Positions 1 through 10,786 of a stretch of DNA of 64,000 nucleotides are shown piece after piece. The translations under genes were made by a program, and so were the position numbers. The notes beneath the pieces were generated by a model that was given only the letters and a program-made list of their open reading frames with translations, had not been told where the DNA came from and did not search any database. Positions within the stretch are counted from its first letter, which is position 1, and each line of letters begins with the position of its first letter. Source of the DNA: Patescibacteria group bacterium (GTDB taxonomy: Bacteria; Patescibacteriota; Patescibacteriia; UBA2591; JABMQE01); NCBI GenBank assembly GCA_018896645.1, contig JAHIMF010000041.1:1980-65979 (forward strand). The letters are read 5' to 3'.

Positions 1-162
1 TTTCATTTTTTTATTATCCCGCCGTTCATAGATAAAATTTTAAATAAAATAATTGGGGCTGATAAAGTCATAATTTTTAATCAAAGGTTTGAACGGTGGA
101 GCAGAAGGGTTTCTAGCAGATTTTTAGCGGGCGGTTATTTAATCAAGGCGGTTAAAAAATAG
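1..162 (+). CDS. 3' end of a gene truncated by the window edge (possibly a class I SAM methyltransferase)
   Basis: Frame 1 is open from base 1 (FHFFIIPPFIDK...RFLAGGYLIKAVKK) to TAG at 160-162. The product is a guess from the C-terminal strand pattern and context. Confidence 0.45.
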   Translation, partial: FHFFIIPPFIDKILNKIIGADKVIIFNQRFERWSRRVSSRFLAGGYLIKAVKK

Positions 163-175
163 CTCCCTTTAATTT

Positions 176-949
176 ATGGCTGACGATTTAGTAAAAAATA
201 TTACTTTTAGTTTTGATGACGGTAGCAGAGAAGATTTGAGATTGTTGGAGCTGCTAAACAGATACAACTTAAAAGGAACTTTTTATGTTCCCAAGAATTT
301 TCGTTTACGGACATTGACTGATGCCGATGTGAAACTTATCGCCAGAACCCAGGAAATTGGCGGGCACACGCTTCATCATCAGACATTGACCGAGCTGTCA
401 CCCGCACAACAAAGAAAAGAAATATTTGATTCTAAGAAATATTTGGAAGAATTGACAGGCAAAAAAGTGGGCGTGATGAGCTACCCCAATGGTCCTTACA
501 ATGCAGATATTATTGAGCTTCTCAAAGAAGCGGGTTATCTCGGCGCCCGGACTGTTAAGCGAGGGCCGTTTAGCTCTCCGAACAGTTTTGAGCTCGCTGT
601 CACTTTGCAATTTTATCCGTTTCCTTTGCGCAAGAAAGATAAAAACTCTTTTCTTTGGGGTCGGTATTTATTTGGCCCTCTTTGGTGGCATAGGGACCTA
701 ACAAAATACCTGCTGCCTATCTCATTTTTATCGTGGAAACGGTTGTCCAGAAACTCATTTGATTACATCAATAAACATGGAGGCACGCTCCATTTTTGGG
801 GTCATGGTTGGGAGATTGAGAAATATGGATTTTGGCAAGAGGTTGAGGCGTTTTTGAAGTATGTTTCCGGAAGAGACGATGTTGAATATGTTACTAACGG
901 CGAGCTTGTAAAAAAATTATTTTATGAAGATACTAATATTAATGGATAA
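176..949 (+). CDS. Polysaccharide deacetylase (CE4/NodB family)
   Basis: TFSFDDG, EIGGHTLHH, SYPNG and HFWGH CE4 motifs. Confidence 0.9.
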   Translation: MADDLVKNITFSFDDGSREDLRLLELLNRYNLKGTFYVPKNFRLRTLTDADVKLIARTQEIGGHTLHHQTLTELSPAQQRKEIFDSKKYLEELTGKKVGVMSYPNGPYNADIIELLKEAGYLGARTVKRGPFSSPNSFELAVTLQFYPFPLRKKDKNSFLWGRYLFGPLWWHRDLTKYLLPISFLSWKRLSRNSFDYINKHGGTLHFWGHGWEIEKYGFWQEVEAFLKYVSGRDDVEYVTNGELVKKLFYEDTNING

Positions 950-2171
950 ACTTCCCCCAGAAGACAAGGGCGGTGCGGAAATCGTTTGTTTAAATTTGGC
1001 CTGGGAATATCAAAAACAAGGTAATGAAGTGGGAGTTATCACAACTACTCGCAAGAAGGAATCACAAGGAAATTCTCTGGACCGCGGAGTGAAGGTCCAC
1101 CGGATTTATTCTAATTACCATAATCGTTGGCAGCCGTATGTCAGTTTGTATAATCCGTGGGTAGTTGCCAGGGTCAGGAAAATTTTGGCCAAAGAAAAAC
1201 CAGATATTGTCCATGCCCATGTTGTTCATAAACATTTGTCGTATTACAGCTTGAAGATAGTAAAAGAAATGGACATACCATTGGTTATTACTTTGCATGA
1301 TTGCCTATCAATTTGCTATAAAAAGTTCACTTGTTTTTATGACATTAAGGATTTGGATAATTCGCCTAATATTAATTATAAAGTCAAATCCTTAAAATGT
1401 TGGTGGTGCCAAAAATTAAGATATTTTCCTTTGCGCAATTTATTTGTCAGACGTTTTTTAAATACCTATCCTGATAAAGTCATAACAGTCAGTCAGGAGT
1501 TAAAAAAATTAGTGGAAGCCAATGGTATCAAAGTATCAGACACAATTCATAACGGTGTTGATGCGGATAATTTTAAGATTGATGATCAGGAAATTGAAAA
1601 TTTTAAAAAACTTTTTTCTTTGAGCGGGAAGAAGATAGTACTTTGCGCTGGTAGGTTGAATGAAACAAAGGGTTGTAATCAGCTTTTAGCTGCGATGAGG
1701 CGGGTTGGTCAAAATTTGACGGATGTTGTTTTACTGTTGCTTGCGAAAAAAGATGAATACAGCGAATCTTTGGTTAAGCGGGCCGCGGAGTCGGGCGTTA
1801 AAATAATTCTCACCGGCTGGCTGAACGGCAAAGATTTAATTGCGGCATATCATGCGGCCGATCTGGTAGTGACGCCCTCCATTTGTTTTGATACTTTTGG
1901 TATGGTAAACATTGAGGCAATGGCTTCTGAAAAGCCAGCCATCACCTCATGTTTTGGCGGCGGCAAGGAGATTGTAATTGATAACCAATCGGGTTATATA
2001 GTTAATCCTTTTGATGTTAATATATTCACCAAGCGGCTTAAAGCGCTGCTAACCGATGCTGACAAGGCCAAGGAGATGGGCGAATGCGGCAGAAAGATTG
2101 TGCAAGAGAAATTTCTTTTAGAATACTCGGCGCAAAAATATTTAAATTTATTTAAAGAATTAACCTCATGA
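924..2171 (+). CDS. Glycosyltransferase family 4
   Basis: GGAE N-terminus, TLHD, HNGVD, FGMVNIEAMA motif. Confidence 0.92.
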   Translation: MKILILMDKLPPEDKGGAEIVCLNLAWEYQKQGNEVGVITTTRKKESQGNSLDRGVKVHRIYSNYHNRWQPYVSLYNPWVVARVRKILAKEKPDIVHAHVVHKHLSYYSLKIVKEMDIPLVITLHDCLSICYKKFTCFYDIKDLDNSPNINYKVKSLKCWWCQKLRYFPLRNLFVRRFLNTYPDKVITVSQELKKLVEANGIKVSDTIHNGVDADNFKIDDQEIENFKKLFSLSGKKIVLCAGRLNETKGCNQLLAAMRRVGQNLTDVVLLLLAKKDEYSESLVKRAAESGVKIILTGWLNGKDLIAAYHAADLVVTPSICFDTFGMVNIEAMASEKPAITSCFGGGKEIVIDNQSGYIVNPFDVNIFTKRLKALLTDADKAKEMGECGRKIVQEKFLLEYSAQKYLNLFKELTS

Positions 2172-3613
2172 CGGATGCGATTTTATTTTTCCCAAAGACC
2201 GGGCCCAATTCAACGGCTCATCTCCCGATGAGCTTGCTTATGGTTGCGGCCCCTTTAGTTGAGCATGGTTATGAGGTTAAAATCATTGACCAGCGGTTAG
2301 AGGATGACTGGCAAGAAAAGTTGGCATCTGCTCTTAACGGCGGCGTTCTATTGGTTGGTTTTTCTGTGCTAACAGGCAAACAAATACTCTACGGTTTGGA
2401 AGCTTCTAAGTTCATTAAAGAAAACAGCAATGCTAAGGTGGTTTGGGGCGGGGTCCACCCCTCTTTATTGCCAAGACAAACTCTTGAGAATCATTATATT
2501 GATTTTGTAATTATTGGTGAAGGCGAGCAGGTGTTTGAGCGCTTGTTAGAGAAATTGAAAAATAGTGATGCCAATTATTCAGATGTGGATGGCCTCGGAT
2601 ATAAAAAAGATAGTGAAATATACATCAACGAGCAAAAGGATTTTATTGACCTAAATGCTCTGCCGTCGATTCCTTATAATTTAGTTGAAGTTGAGAAATA
2701 TGTTACCAAAAAATCATTCGCTTCGGGAAATCCTGGCCGAAATGTGGCTATTTATACCAGCCGCGGTTGTCCGCATCGTTGTGCGTTTTGCTACAACCTG
2801 AAATTTAACAAACGGCGCTGGCGAGGCAAGTCAGCCGAGAAGGTAATAATCGAGCTTGGACATTGGATAGACAGGTATAATATCAACGCTTTTGAAATTG
2901 AAGATGACGAATTTTTTGTTGATTTGAACCGCGTGCGTGAAATCTGCCTAAAAATCATTGAAAAAGGTTGGCAAATAGAAATATTTTCCAGCTCGCGGGT
3001 AAATTATTTAGAAAATATGGATGATGATTTTTTAAAATTGCTGTTTCGCGCTGGCTTCAAAACTTTGTCCTTCGGAGTAGAATCTGGCTCGCCAGAGATC
3101 CAAAAAGAAATTCATAAGGATATAACGAACGAACAGGTGTTCTCCGCAGTGAGGCGGTTGGGCAAAGCCGGCATCAATTCAAAATATTATTTTATGTGTG
3201 GTTTTCCCGGCGAGTCCATTGGGCAGTTGTACGAGACGATTGATTTGATTTACAAAATGAAGCAGGAGGACCGGCGCGTGCGCATTCCGCCTTGGCGCAT
3301 TTATACGCCATATCATGGCACCGAGTTGTATGAGAAGAGTATTCTGTCTGGTTGGCACCCGCCCAAGAACCTCAAGGCCTGGGCAAATTATGATTTTGAA
3401 ACAGCGAATATGCCCTGGCTGAACCGAAAAAAGAAAGTTATTATAAAAAACGCCGCTTGGATGTCAAAATATGTTGTTCTTGACAATAATGCCGGCGGCG
3501 GTATAAAATATAAACTGGGCCGGTTGTTTGGCAAGTGGATTGATTTCAGGTGGCGGCATCATTGGTTTTTCTTCGCGCCGGAAAGATCAATTCTATTGCT
3601 GGTAAAAGATTAG
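2168..3613 (+). CDS. Cobalamin-binding radical SAM protein (paralog 1)
   Basis: N-terminal B12-binding domain (WGGVHPS, GEGE), SRGCPHRCAFC, GVESGS. Confidence 0.92.
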   Translation: MTDAILFFPKTGPNSTAHLPMSLLMVAAPLVEHGYEVKIIDQRLEDDWQEKLASALNGGVLLVGFSVLTGKQILYGLEASKFIKENSNAKVVWGGVHPSLLPRQTLENHYIDFVIIGEGEQVFERLLEKLKNSDANYSDVDGLGYKKDSEIYINEQKDFIDLNALPSIPYNLVEVEKYVTKKSFASGNPGRNVAIYTSRGCPHRCAFCYNLKFNKRRWRGKSAEKVIIELGHWIDRYNINAFEIEDDEFFVDLNRVREICLKIIEKGWQIEIFSSSRVNYLENMDDDFLKLLFRAGFKTLSFGVESGSPEIQKEIHKDITNEQVFSAVRRLGKAGINSKYYFMCGFPGESIGQLYETIDLIYKMKQEDRRVRIPPWRIYTPYHGTELYEKSILSGWHPPKNLKAWANYDFETANMPWLNRKKKVIIKNAAWMSKYVVLDNNAGGGIKYKLGRLFGKWIDFRWRHHWFFFAPERSILLLVKD

Positions 3614-3716
3614 GTTAGTATAATGTTTGATTTTAAGCTAACCGCAGATTAAGGCGCTTGTTCCTCAATTAGGCTTTGTCTAAGTTTAACACGCCTCACA
3701 TTTAATTTATAGCATT

Positions 3717-5231
3717 ATGAAAGTTTTGCTGGTTAATCCGGCTCGCACCTATTATAAAGGTTCAAAGGGAGTGAGGTTAGGATTGCCTTTGGGTTTGATG
3801 TATATTGCCAGTGTTTTAGAGAAAAATTCCATTCCGGTAAAAATATTTGACACTCTTATTTCTGCTTCCACTAAAATTACAGAGCATTCAGACCATATTT
3901 ATCACGGGGTGGGTGATGATTTTTTTAAAGAGGTTATTGTCAGGGAAAAACCGGATGTGGTAGGGATTACTAGTCCGTTTACGGCTCAGGTTGGGAATTC
4001 TTGCGAGGCGGCTAGACTAATTAAAGAAGTTGATCCCAATATTTTTGTGGTTATCGGCGGACCTCATTTTGCAGTTTTGGGCCAAGAATTTTTAAAAGAA
4101 AACAAAAATATTGACGCCGCTATGATTGGCGAGGGCGAATTGGTAATGCCGACACTGCTAGAAACAATAGAAAATAACCAACCTTTTAATGCGATTGATG
4201 GATTGATTTATCGCTCTATTAATGACAGCGGAGAATCAGTGGTGATTGCGAATAATCCGAAGCTTATAAATGATTTGGATAGTTTGCCATTCCCAGCTTA
4301 TCATTTGATTGATATGGAAAGATACTTTGACTTTTTGAGAGAAGGTCTTTACGCTCGGCCGGGCCAACAAAAAAGGTCAATCTCAATGATTACGAGTCGG
4401 GGCTGTCCGTTTAATTGTGTTTTTTGTTCAATTCATTTGCATATGGGAAAAATTTGGCGCGCTCATTCGGCTGATTATGTAATTTCTCATATTGAGCGGG
4501 TGGTTAATAAATACGGGGTGGAGCACATATCGTTTGAAGATGATAATTTTACATCAAACTTCAAGAGATGCGAGAAGATCTTTGATTATTTATTAGAAAA
4601 AAAGATTAATATTACCTGGGATACTCCAAACGGAGTTCGGGCAGATACTCTAAATAAGGATTTGCTTAAAAAAATGAAAAAATCGGGCTGTACGGAGTTA
4701 GTAATCGGGACCGAGTCCGGAGATCAGGATACCTTGGATAATATTATTAAAAAAAATTTAAGATTAGAGAAAGTTGTTCAAGTTGCCCGATGGTGCAAGG
4801 AATTAAAGATTGAACTTAATTCTTTTTTCGTGATTGGTTTTCCCGGAGAAACTAAAGAGAAAATTCAGAAAACAATTGATTTTGCTTTTTTGCTTTATAA
4901 AAAATTTAACGTAAGACCGAATTTGATGACAGCTACTCCGTTAATCGGAACCGAACTACATAAGATAGTTGTCAGTAATGGATATCTAATAGAAGAGGTG
5001 ACGGCTGAAAATTTAGCTTTGGCAACTCAACCAAGAGGTAAGCCCTTAATCAAGACCCCCGAGTTTTCTCCTGAAGATTTAAAGGAGTCTGACAGAGAAT
5101 TGAAGACACGGTTAGCGAGATTAAATTTAGTCCGAAGATTAATAAACCCCAGGGAGTGGCTTAGGTTGTTGAGATTATTTTTAAGTAGGCCTTCAAGATT
5201 AATTTTGTATCTAAAAAAGCTTTGCGGTTGA
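3717..5231 (+). CDS. Cobalamin-binding radical SAM protein (paralog 2)
   Basis: PLGLMYIA, GGPH, GEGE, SRGCPFNCVFC, GTESG. Confidence 0.92.
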   Translation: MKVLLVNPARTYYKGSKGVRLGLPLGLMYIASVLEKNSIPVKIFDTLISASTKITEHSDHIYHGVGDDFFKEVIVREKPDVVGITSPFTAQVGNSCEAARLIKEVDPNIFVVIGGPHFAVLGQEFLKENKNIDAAMIGEGELVMPTLLETIENNQPFNAIDGLIYRSINDSGESVVIANNPKLINDLDSLPFPAYHLIDMERYFDFLREGLYARPGQQKRSISMITSRGCPFNCVFCSIHLHMGKIWRAHSADYVISHIERVVNKYGVEHISFEDDNFTSNFKRCEKIFDYLLEKKINITWDTPNGVRADTLNKDLLKKMKKSGCTELVIGTESGDQDTLDNIIKKNLRLEKVVQVARWCKELKIELNSFFVIGFPGETKEKIQKTIDFAFLLYKKFNVRPNLMTATPLIGTELHKIVVSNGYLIEEVTAENLALATQPRGKPLIKTPEFSPEDLKESDRELKTRLARLNLVRRLINPREWLRLLRLFLSRPSRLILYLKKLCG

Positions 5232-5234
5232 AAT

Positions 5235-5263
5235 TTGACTTTTAGCGGATAATTAGCTAAAAT
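5235..5263 (+). promoter_or_regulatory. Sigma70-type promoter for the CotH cassette
   Basis: TTGACT (5235-5240), 17 nt, TAAAAT (5258-5263); ATG at 5288. Confidence 0.6.
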
Positions 5264-5287
5264 TATACAAAAGATTACTTAAAAAGA

Positions 5288-8146
5288 ATGCCTAAACTGT
5301 TTAGAATATTTAAATATATTCCCGGAACCCAAAACAGGTTTTTTAAAAAACTTATTTTGGTTTTTTTCATTTTAGGTTTGATAGCTGTTATCTTTCTGAC
5401 AATTTTTGTGGCCGAGTATAAGGATTTTAATGACGTAATAAAGGCCAAGGTTCCGAAGTTGTCTTGGCTGGCTGAGTCTTACAATCTTCTGGATGTTCTT
5501 TATTTTTATTCTTATTTTCAGGAAACAAAATTACCTAAATACGAGATAATTATAGAAGAAGAAAATTTAAAAGTCCTTAATGAAAATTTGCCCGATATTA
5601 GTGAAATAACTTTGAGCGAGGAGTATAAAAAGAATTCAGTACCAGCGATCTTAAAATATAATGGAGAGGATTTTGAAGTAAAGGTAAGATATCGGGGAGA
5701 TTCGCAGGTTCATTGGGCATATCCTAAAAAGTCTTGGCGCGTGGAGTTAACAAATAAAACAATGGAAGACAAGGGTTTGATTAACGGTATGGAAAGTTTT
5801 AACTTGATTATAGGCGGGGACCGGTCTTTGGTCACAGAACAGCTAAGCTATTACCGATCCAAAAAATTAGGCTTAGCAGTGCCGCACAGCGAATTTGTTG
5901 ATTTAGAAATTAATGGAAAATATCAAGGAGCATATTGGCTTCTGGAGACCTGGGATAAAACATTCCTAGAGAAAAATAAAGTGGCATCAGATATAAACCT
6001 TTATGGCGAGAATGTTGAACGTTATGAACAAAAAAATATCTTTGCCAGTACTGACAGATGGACAAAATATACTTCAGACGAGATGGCGCTTTTTGATAAT
6101 TTTGCGGAAGTTGAGCAGTTATTGTACTTGTTAGAAATTCCAGACGAAGAATTTTATGAAAAAATTTCCGAACTGGTTGATTTGGACAGTTTCTATAAAT
6201 GGAACACGATTACTTTATTAGTCGGTGGCGATGGTCAGAAATATTCTAATAACATTCGAATGTATTTTGACAATACGCAGGGCAAGTTCAATTTTATTCC
6301 TTGGGATATCAGCCAGGTAGAAAGGCCAGAGCTTTATGATGCTTATGTAAGCCCGATTATAGACCGGATTTTAAGCAATCCAAGGTTTTTACAAGAGAGA
6401 AATAATTATTTATGGGATTATGTAAAAAATGAAGAAAATTTAGAGGATGACTTGAAATATTACGATGAGCTTTTTGGTAAAGTTAAAATTTCCTTTCATA
6501 AAGATCATTTAAAACTTTATAGTAATTTATTTTTTGACAGACAAGTTAGCAACCGAAGAAAATTGTTGATTGAACAGGTTGAGAACATAAAAAATAAACT
6601 TTCCGAAGCCAAGGTTTCGGTGGAAGCGAGGATTGACACTGATTTTAACAGTAGTCGAAGAGTAGTGGCGGACTTAAATTTTTTAACTCAAAATTTTAAT
6701 AGTTTAAACATAAAAAAAATTTCTTTTAGATGGGATGAGCCGGGAAGTTTTAAATTATATGATGATACCAATAATAATGGGATTTGGGACGATAAGGATC
6801 AGTTAGTCGGGAATTTTAAAAGAGATAATAAATGGCACGAAATTGATTTGAATAAAGAAATTTTTGCCAGGCGGGATTATGATGATTATAAGAAATTTAA
6901 ACAGGATAAGTTTTATCAAGAGAACTTTTTTAATCCCGTTAACATCATTATTACGCCATACCGTCTTTTCATAGTTTCGCAAGTACCTAAATTTGTGCCA
7001 GAAAATTTTAAATTTAAAATAGAGAATTCTTTAACCGGCAAAGAGGCCGATTTGACTAAGCGCTTTATTGACCTGGCCACTTTTGCTAATTTTGAAGATA
7101 TTTTTAAAAATAGAGAGCAATTTATTTTGGATAATCCGATTTTTAAGTTGAACGAAGAGGGGATAGTTTTACAAACTGGAATTTATCAAATTAACAAAGA
7201 CATAATAATACCCAAGAATACAAGCTTGACAATTCAAGTCGGGACGATTTTGAACTTTGCTTCTTCTACCTCCATGGTCTCTTATAGTCCGGTTAATATT
7301 TCCGGTACTAAGAATAATCCTATTATTTTTACGGCTCAAGATAAAAACAGGCCTTGGGGCGTCCTTGGTTTGACATCCGGAGCGGACGGCAGTATTATTA
7401 ATTATGCTATATTTGAACACGGAAGCGATGATTATATTAACGGAATCTATTTTTCCGGCATGGTTTCTAGTTATTTTGCCAAAACTGCGATTGACAACTC
7501 TACTTTCCAGTATGCCCAAGCTGATGACGGTTTAAACATCAAAAATTCTAGTTCTACTATATCCAATAGTTTTTTTCACCGCAATAGCGCTGATGGTCTA
7601 GATTTGGACTTTAGTAATTCTCGCGTGGAAAATAATCGTTTTATTGGCAATGGCAATGATGGTTTGGATCTCTCAAGTCATCAGCCATTTATTTTGAATA
7701 ATTATATTGAGGGATCGGGCGATAAAGGAATTAGCATTGGCGAAGATTCAAAAGCGATTATTATTAATAATTTGATGAAAGACAATAAAATTGGCATTGA
7801 GATAAAAGACCTTTCCGAACCGCAAGTGATTAATTGTACTATTATTGGCAATGAGATTGGCATAAATTCATACCAAAAGAAGGCAATCTTTGGAGGCGGA
7901 CATGGAAAAGTTTACAACTCTGTAATCTGGGCAAACGATGAGCAAATTACGTTTGACAATAAGTCCACAATCAGCATTAACCAAACTGACGTTGAGGGCG
8001 GTTACGAGGGTAATGGCAACCTGAATTTAGATCCAAAATTTGCTGATGATTTTAAAACTCAAAATAGCCAGATGAGGATTAATTTGGATTATTTAAAACA
8101 ATATTTAGAGATTTTGCCCAAAGAATTATTTATGGGAATATATTAG
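5288..8146 (+). CDS. Membrane-anchored CotH-family kinase with C-terminal right-handed beta-helix
   Basis: N-terminal TM helix; VKVRYRGD..HW..PKKSWRV, NNIRMYFD, FIPWD CotH motifs; DxNxNG loop; repeated DG(L/I)D / GDKGISIGE beta-helix turns. Confidence 0.85.
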   Translation: MPKLFRIFKYIPGTQNRFFKKLILVFFILGLIAVIFLTIFVAEYKDFNDVIKAKVPKLSWLAESYNLLDVLYFYSYFQETKLPKYEIIIEEENLKVLNENLPDISEITLSEEYKKNSVPAILKYNGEDFEVKVRYRGDSQVHWAYPKKSWRVELTNKTMEDKGLINGMESFNLIIGGDRSLVTEQLSYYRSKKLGLAVPHSEFVDLEINGKYQGAYWLLETWDKTFLEKNKVASDINLYGENVERYEQKNIFASTDRWTKYTSDEMALFDNFAEVEQLLYLLEIPDEEFYEKISELVDLDSFYKWNTITLLVGGDGQKYSNNIRMYFDNTQGKFNFIPWDISQVERPELYDAYVSPIIDRILSNPRFLQERNNYLWDYVKNEENLEDDLKYYDELFGKVKISFHKDHLKLYSNLFFDRQVSNRRKLLIEQVENIKNKLSEAKVSVEARIDTDFNSSRRVVADLNFLTQNFNSLNIKKISFRWDEPGSFKLYDDTNNNGIWDDKDQLVGNFKRDNKWHEIDLNKEIFARRDYDDYKKFKQDKFYQENFFNPVNIIITPYRLFIVSQVPKFVPENFKFKIENSLTGKEADLTKRFIDLATFANFEDIFKNREQFILDNPIFKLNEEGIVLQTGIYQINKDIIIPKNTSLTIQVGTILNFASSTSMVSYSPVNISGTKNNPIIFTAQDKNRPWGVLGLTSGADGSIINYAIFEHGSDDYINGIYFSGMVSSYFAKTAIDNSTFQYAQADDGLNIKNSSSTISNSFFHRNSADGLDLDFSNSRVENNRFIGNGNDGLDLSSHQPFILNNYIEGSGDKGISIGEDSKAIIINNLMKDNKIGIEIKDLSEPQVINCTIIGNEIGINSYQKKAIFGGGHGKVYNSVIWANDEQITFDNKSTISINQTDVEGGYEGNGNLNLDPKFADDFKTQNSQMRINLDYLKQYLEILPKELFMGIY

Positions 8147-8147
8147 T

Positions 8148-9842
8148 ATGCGTTTGCGATTTAGATATTTTTTCAGATTAACAAAATTTATATTAGCGCC
8201 GCTCGTGGTGTTGTTTATGATTGCGGCGGCGGTTTTTGTTATAGAGGCCAAGGATTTGCGGAGCCAGCCCGTTTTTGCCCGACTGATTGCGTTTATAGAT
8301 GCCAGAGGCATAAATAAGGTTTTAGATATTTTTTATCTTCATCATTCTTTTGAAAAGCGGAAATTGCCTACCTTCAAGCTTACTGTTGAGAAAGATTCCG
8401 AAAAAAAATTAGATGAGATGGCCCGGGCCGCGATTGCGGCGGATTTTCTCTTTGATGAAAATAAAGAATTTGTGCCGGCGACTCTTGTTTATAACGGTCA
8501 AAAATATCAAGTTGATATCCGTTATCGCGGGGACGGAGATATCCACTGGAAGTTCCCCAAAAAGTCCTGGAGGATTCGACTGAAAGGTGGCGAGCACATA
8601 ATGGGTTTTAACAATTTTGATTTGATTGTGCCCCGGGACCGGGGATTTGTTCTGGAAAATTTGAATAACTACCGAGCCGGAAAGCTGGGATTGCCGTCTT
8701 TGCGGGACCAGTTCGTTGACCTTGAAGTTAATGGCAGTTTTCATGGCCCATATTGGCTGGTAGATCATGACTACAGTGAATCATTAGAGGTTAGCAAGCG
8801 GCCGGCTGATGTCAATACTTACGGCGGTTATGTGCGGGGAAGGCCTCAATGGGAAGATACAAATGATACGGGCCGGTGGCAGAAGTACAGCGAGGACAAG
8901 GTTTCGCAGTTTGATAATTATGCGGAAATGGATAAACTTCTCGACTTTCTCAAAAATACAGAAACAGAAGAATTCTATTTGAGGATTGGGGAGCTCGTGG
9001 ACCTTAGAAGTATGTATGCTTGGCAAGTCCTGACGGAACTTTCTGGCAGTGATCATAATGGGTTTGGAAATAGCAGGTTATATTTTGATAACACTTTGGG
9101 TAAATTTAGTATTATCCCTTGGGACATAGAAGGCGGCGGGGCTCCACCTGACTATGCCTCCAATCTTTTGCTTGCCCGCATTTTTAAAAATCCTCAATTT
9201 TTACACGAGAAGAACGAATTACTGTGGAGCTATGTATCGGACGCGGCTAATTTGAAGGATGATTTGGCCCATTATGACGAATTATACAACGAAGTTAAGA
9301 CATCCTTTTATAAAGACCGCAAGAAGCAGGTAAGCAGTTACCAGTTTGATAAAGAGGTTAGATACTGGAGAGATACCTTAGAAGCACAATTTGAGGTTGC
9401 TAAAGAACGGTTTGCTCGAGCCGAGGTGCTTATTGGGACGGGTGCTATAGAAGGGACGACACGTTTTGATGTCATAACAACGAATTATGCCGGTTTAGAT
9501 TTTAGGGGAGTGTCATTTAAAAGTGATGCAAGCCGGGATTTTCAAGATTTAGCCTTATATTTTGACAGTAATTACAATGGTAATCTGGATTCTGCTGACG
9601 AATATATTGATAAATTTGAATTTGAGGATAATAGTTATCGCGTTCAATTTTCAAAAATTCTTTTTGCCGAAAGGAACTACCCGGATGATTATCGTGATTT
9701 TACAGCTTCCAAAGCAGAAATTTTACCGACCAGATACACTTTTTTTGTTGTTGGCGCGCCACTCGCGGCCTCTTTGACTTTTGATATCACTAATGTTTTT
9801 ACCGGTGAACAAGCAACGAAGTTGACAAACCAGTTAAAATAA
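8148..9842 (+). CDS. Membrane-anchored CotH-family kinase (second paralog, no beta-helix)
   Basis: N-terminal TM; IRYRGD..HWKFPKKSWRI, GNSRLYFDN, IIPWD; colinear with the upstream paralog. Confidence 0.85.
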   Translation: MRLRFRYFFRLTKFILAPLVVLFMIAAAVFVIEAKDLRSQPVFARLIAFIDARGINKVLDIFYLHHSFEKRKLPTFKLTVEKDSEKKLDEMARAAIAADFLFDENKEFVPATLVYNGQKYQVDIRYRGDGDIHWKFPKKSWRIRLKGGEHIMGFNNFDLIVPRDRGFVLENLNNYRAGKLGLPSLRDQFVDLEVNGSFHGPYWLVDHDYSESLEVSKRPADVNTYGGYVRGRPQWEDTNDTGRWQKYSEDKVSQFDNYAEMDKLLDFLKNTETEEFYLRIGELVDLRSMYAWQVLTELSGSDHNGFGNSRLYFDNTLGKFSIIPWDIEGGGAPPDYASNLLLARIFKNPQFLHEKNELLWSYVSDAANLKDDLAHYDELYNEVKTSFYKDRKKQVSSYQFDKEVRYWRDTLEAQFEVAKERFARAEVLIGTGAIEGTTRFDVITTNYAGLDFRGVSFKSDASRDFQDLALYFDSNYNGNLDSADEYIDKFEFEDNSYRVQFSKILFAERNYPDDYRDFTASKAEILPTRYTFFVVGAPLAASLTFDITNVFTGEQATKLTNQLK

Positions 9843-9855
9843 GCTAATGTGTGAC

Positions 9856-9985
9856 ATTAAAGCAATTATGAAAATACAAGAATAACGACGAATAGTTATT
9901 TTTATATTCTTGTATTCTTGTTATTTTCATAGCAGGTATCCCTCTATTTTTATAATTTCATAACTTCAATGCTTTAATGTTTTTT
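9856..9985. repeat. AT-rich ~8-nt-period imperfect inverted array (AAAATACA/AGAATA type)
   Basis: CATTAAAGCA...AAAATACAAGAATAAC followed by GTTATTTTTATATTCTTGTATTCTTG...TGCTTTAATG; related arrays at 25376 and 29784. Confidence 0.6.
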
Positions 9986-9993
9986 AATGAAAC

Positions 9994-10767
9994 ATGAAAC
10001 CCACTCTTCATTTCCAAAGATTTGAATTTAAATATCCAATGCATAAGCCAACGGCCGAGAAGATAATTCCAGCCCTATTAAAATATATGAGCTGGGATCC
10101 TTTTGTTTCGGGAAGGGGAGATAAATCTTACTTGGTAAATAGTCTTTATTTTGACAATAGCGGTTATGGCTGTTATTTTGAGAAGGAGTCGGGCGAGAAG
10201 TTTAGGAAAAAATTTCGTTTACGAGTTTATGAGAGCGAAGTTAAAGATGATACGAACATTTTTGTAGAAATAAAGAGAAAAAATAACGCTTTGATAATAA
10301 AGGACAGAGTGCATTTGCCAGCTAAAGATGCGAGGAGGATTTTAGTGAATAATAAATTGAATAGCTATGTTGGGCAAATCAGCGACGATGACATGATGGT
10401 TTTAAAAGAATTTTTATGGACTAAGAATTATAATTGCATGATGCCCAGAATTATGGTAGCATATAGGAGGAAACCGTTAGTAGCCAAGACAGACAGGAAT
10501 GTTCGGGTGACATTTGATTATGACATCCGCGCAAAATTAACAAACTGGTTTAATTGTAATAATTTTGCCTGGAAAGAGGTTTTGCCAGGCAGTTTAATTT
10601 TAGAGATAAAATATAATAATATCCTGCCTTTTTGGCTGCACGAGATTATCCAAAAATATCAACTGGAGCGGGTCGCTTTTTCAAAATATTGTAATGCGGT
10701 AAGGGCTTGTATGCCGCAGATTGACGATGGAAGCGGAAGGGACAGCGGAAACTATTTGGGTGTATAA
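9994..10767 (+). CDS. VTC-domain (polyphosphate polymerase-like, triphosphate tunnel metalloenzyme) protein
   Basis: RFEFKY, SLYFDN, KFRLRVY, FVEIKRK, YRR, VRVTFD, ILEIKY, FSKY, matching the Vtc4 catalytic-domain motif series. Confidence 0.88.
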   Translation: MKPTLHFQRFEFKYPMHKPTAEKIIPALLKYMSWDPFVSGRGDKSYLVNSLYFDNSGYGCYFEKESGEKFRKKFRLRVYESEVKDDTNIFVEIKRKNNALIIKDRVHLPAKDARRILVNNKLNSYVGQISDDDMMVLKEFLWTKNYNCMMPRIMVAYRRKPLVAKTDRNVRVTFDYDIRAKLTNWFNCNNFAWKEVLPGSLILEIKYNNILPFWLHEIIQKYQLERVAFSKYCNAVRACMPQIDDGSGRDSGNYLGV

Positions 10768-10786
10768 CTTTTAATAATAAAAAATT

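Noticed and set aside
5288-9842. CotH genes as evidence of sporulation
   Set aside because: CotH-family kinases are widespread in non-sporulating organisms, and no sporulation genes are present
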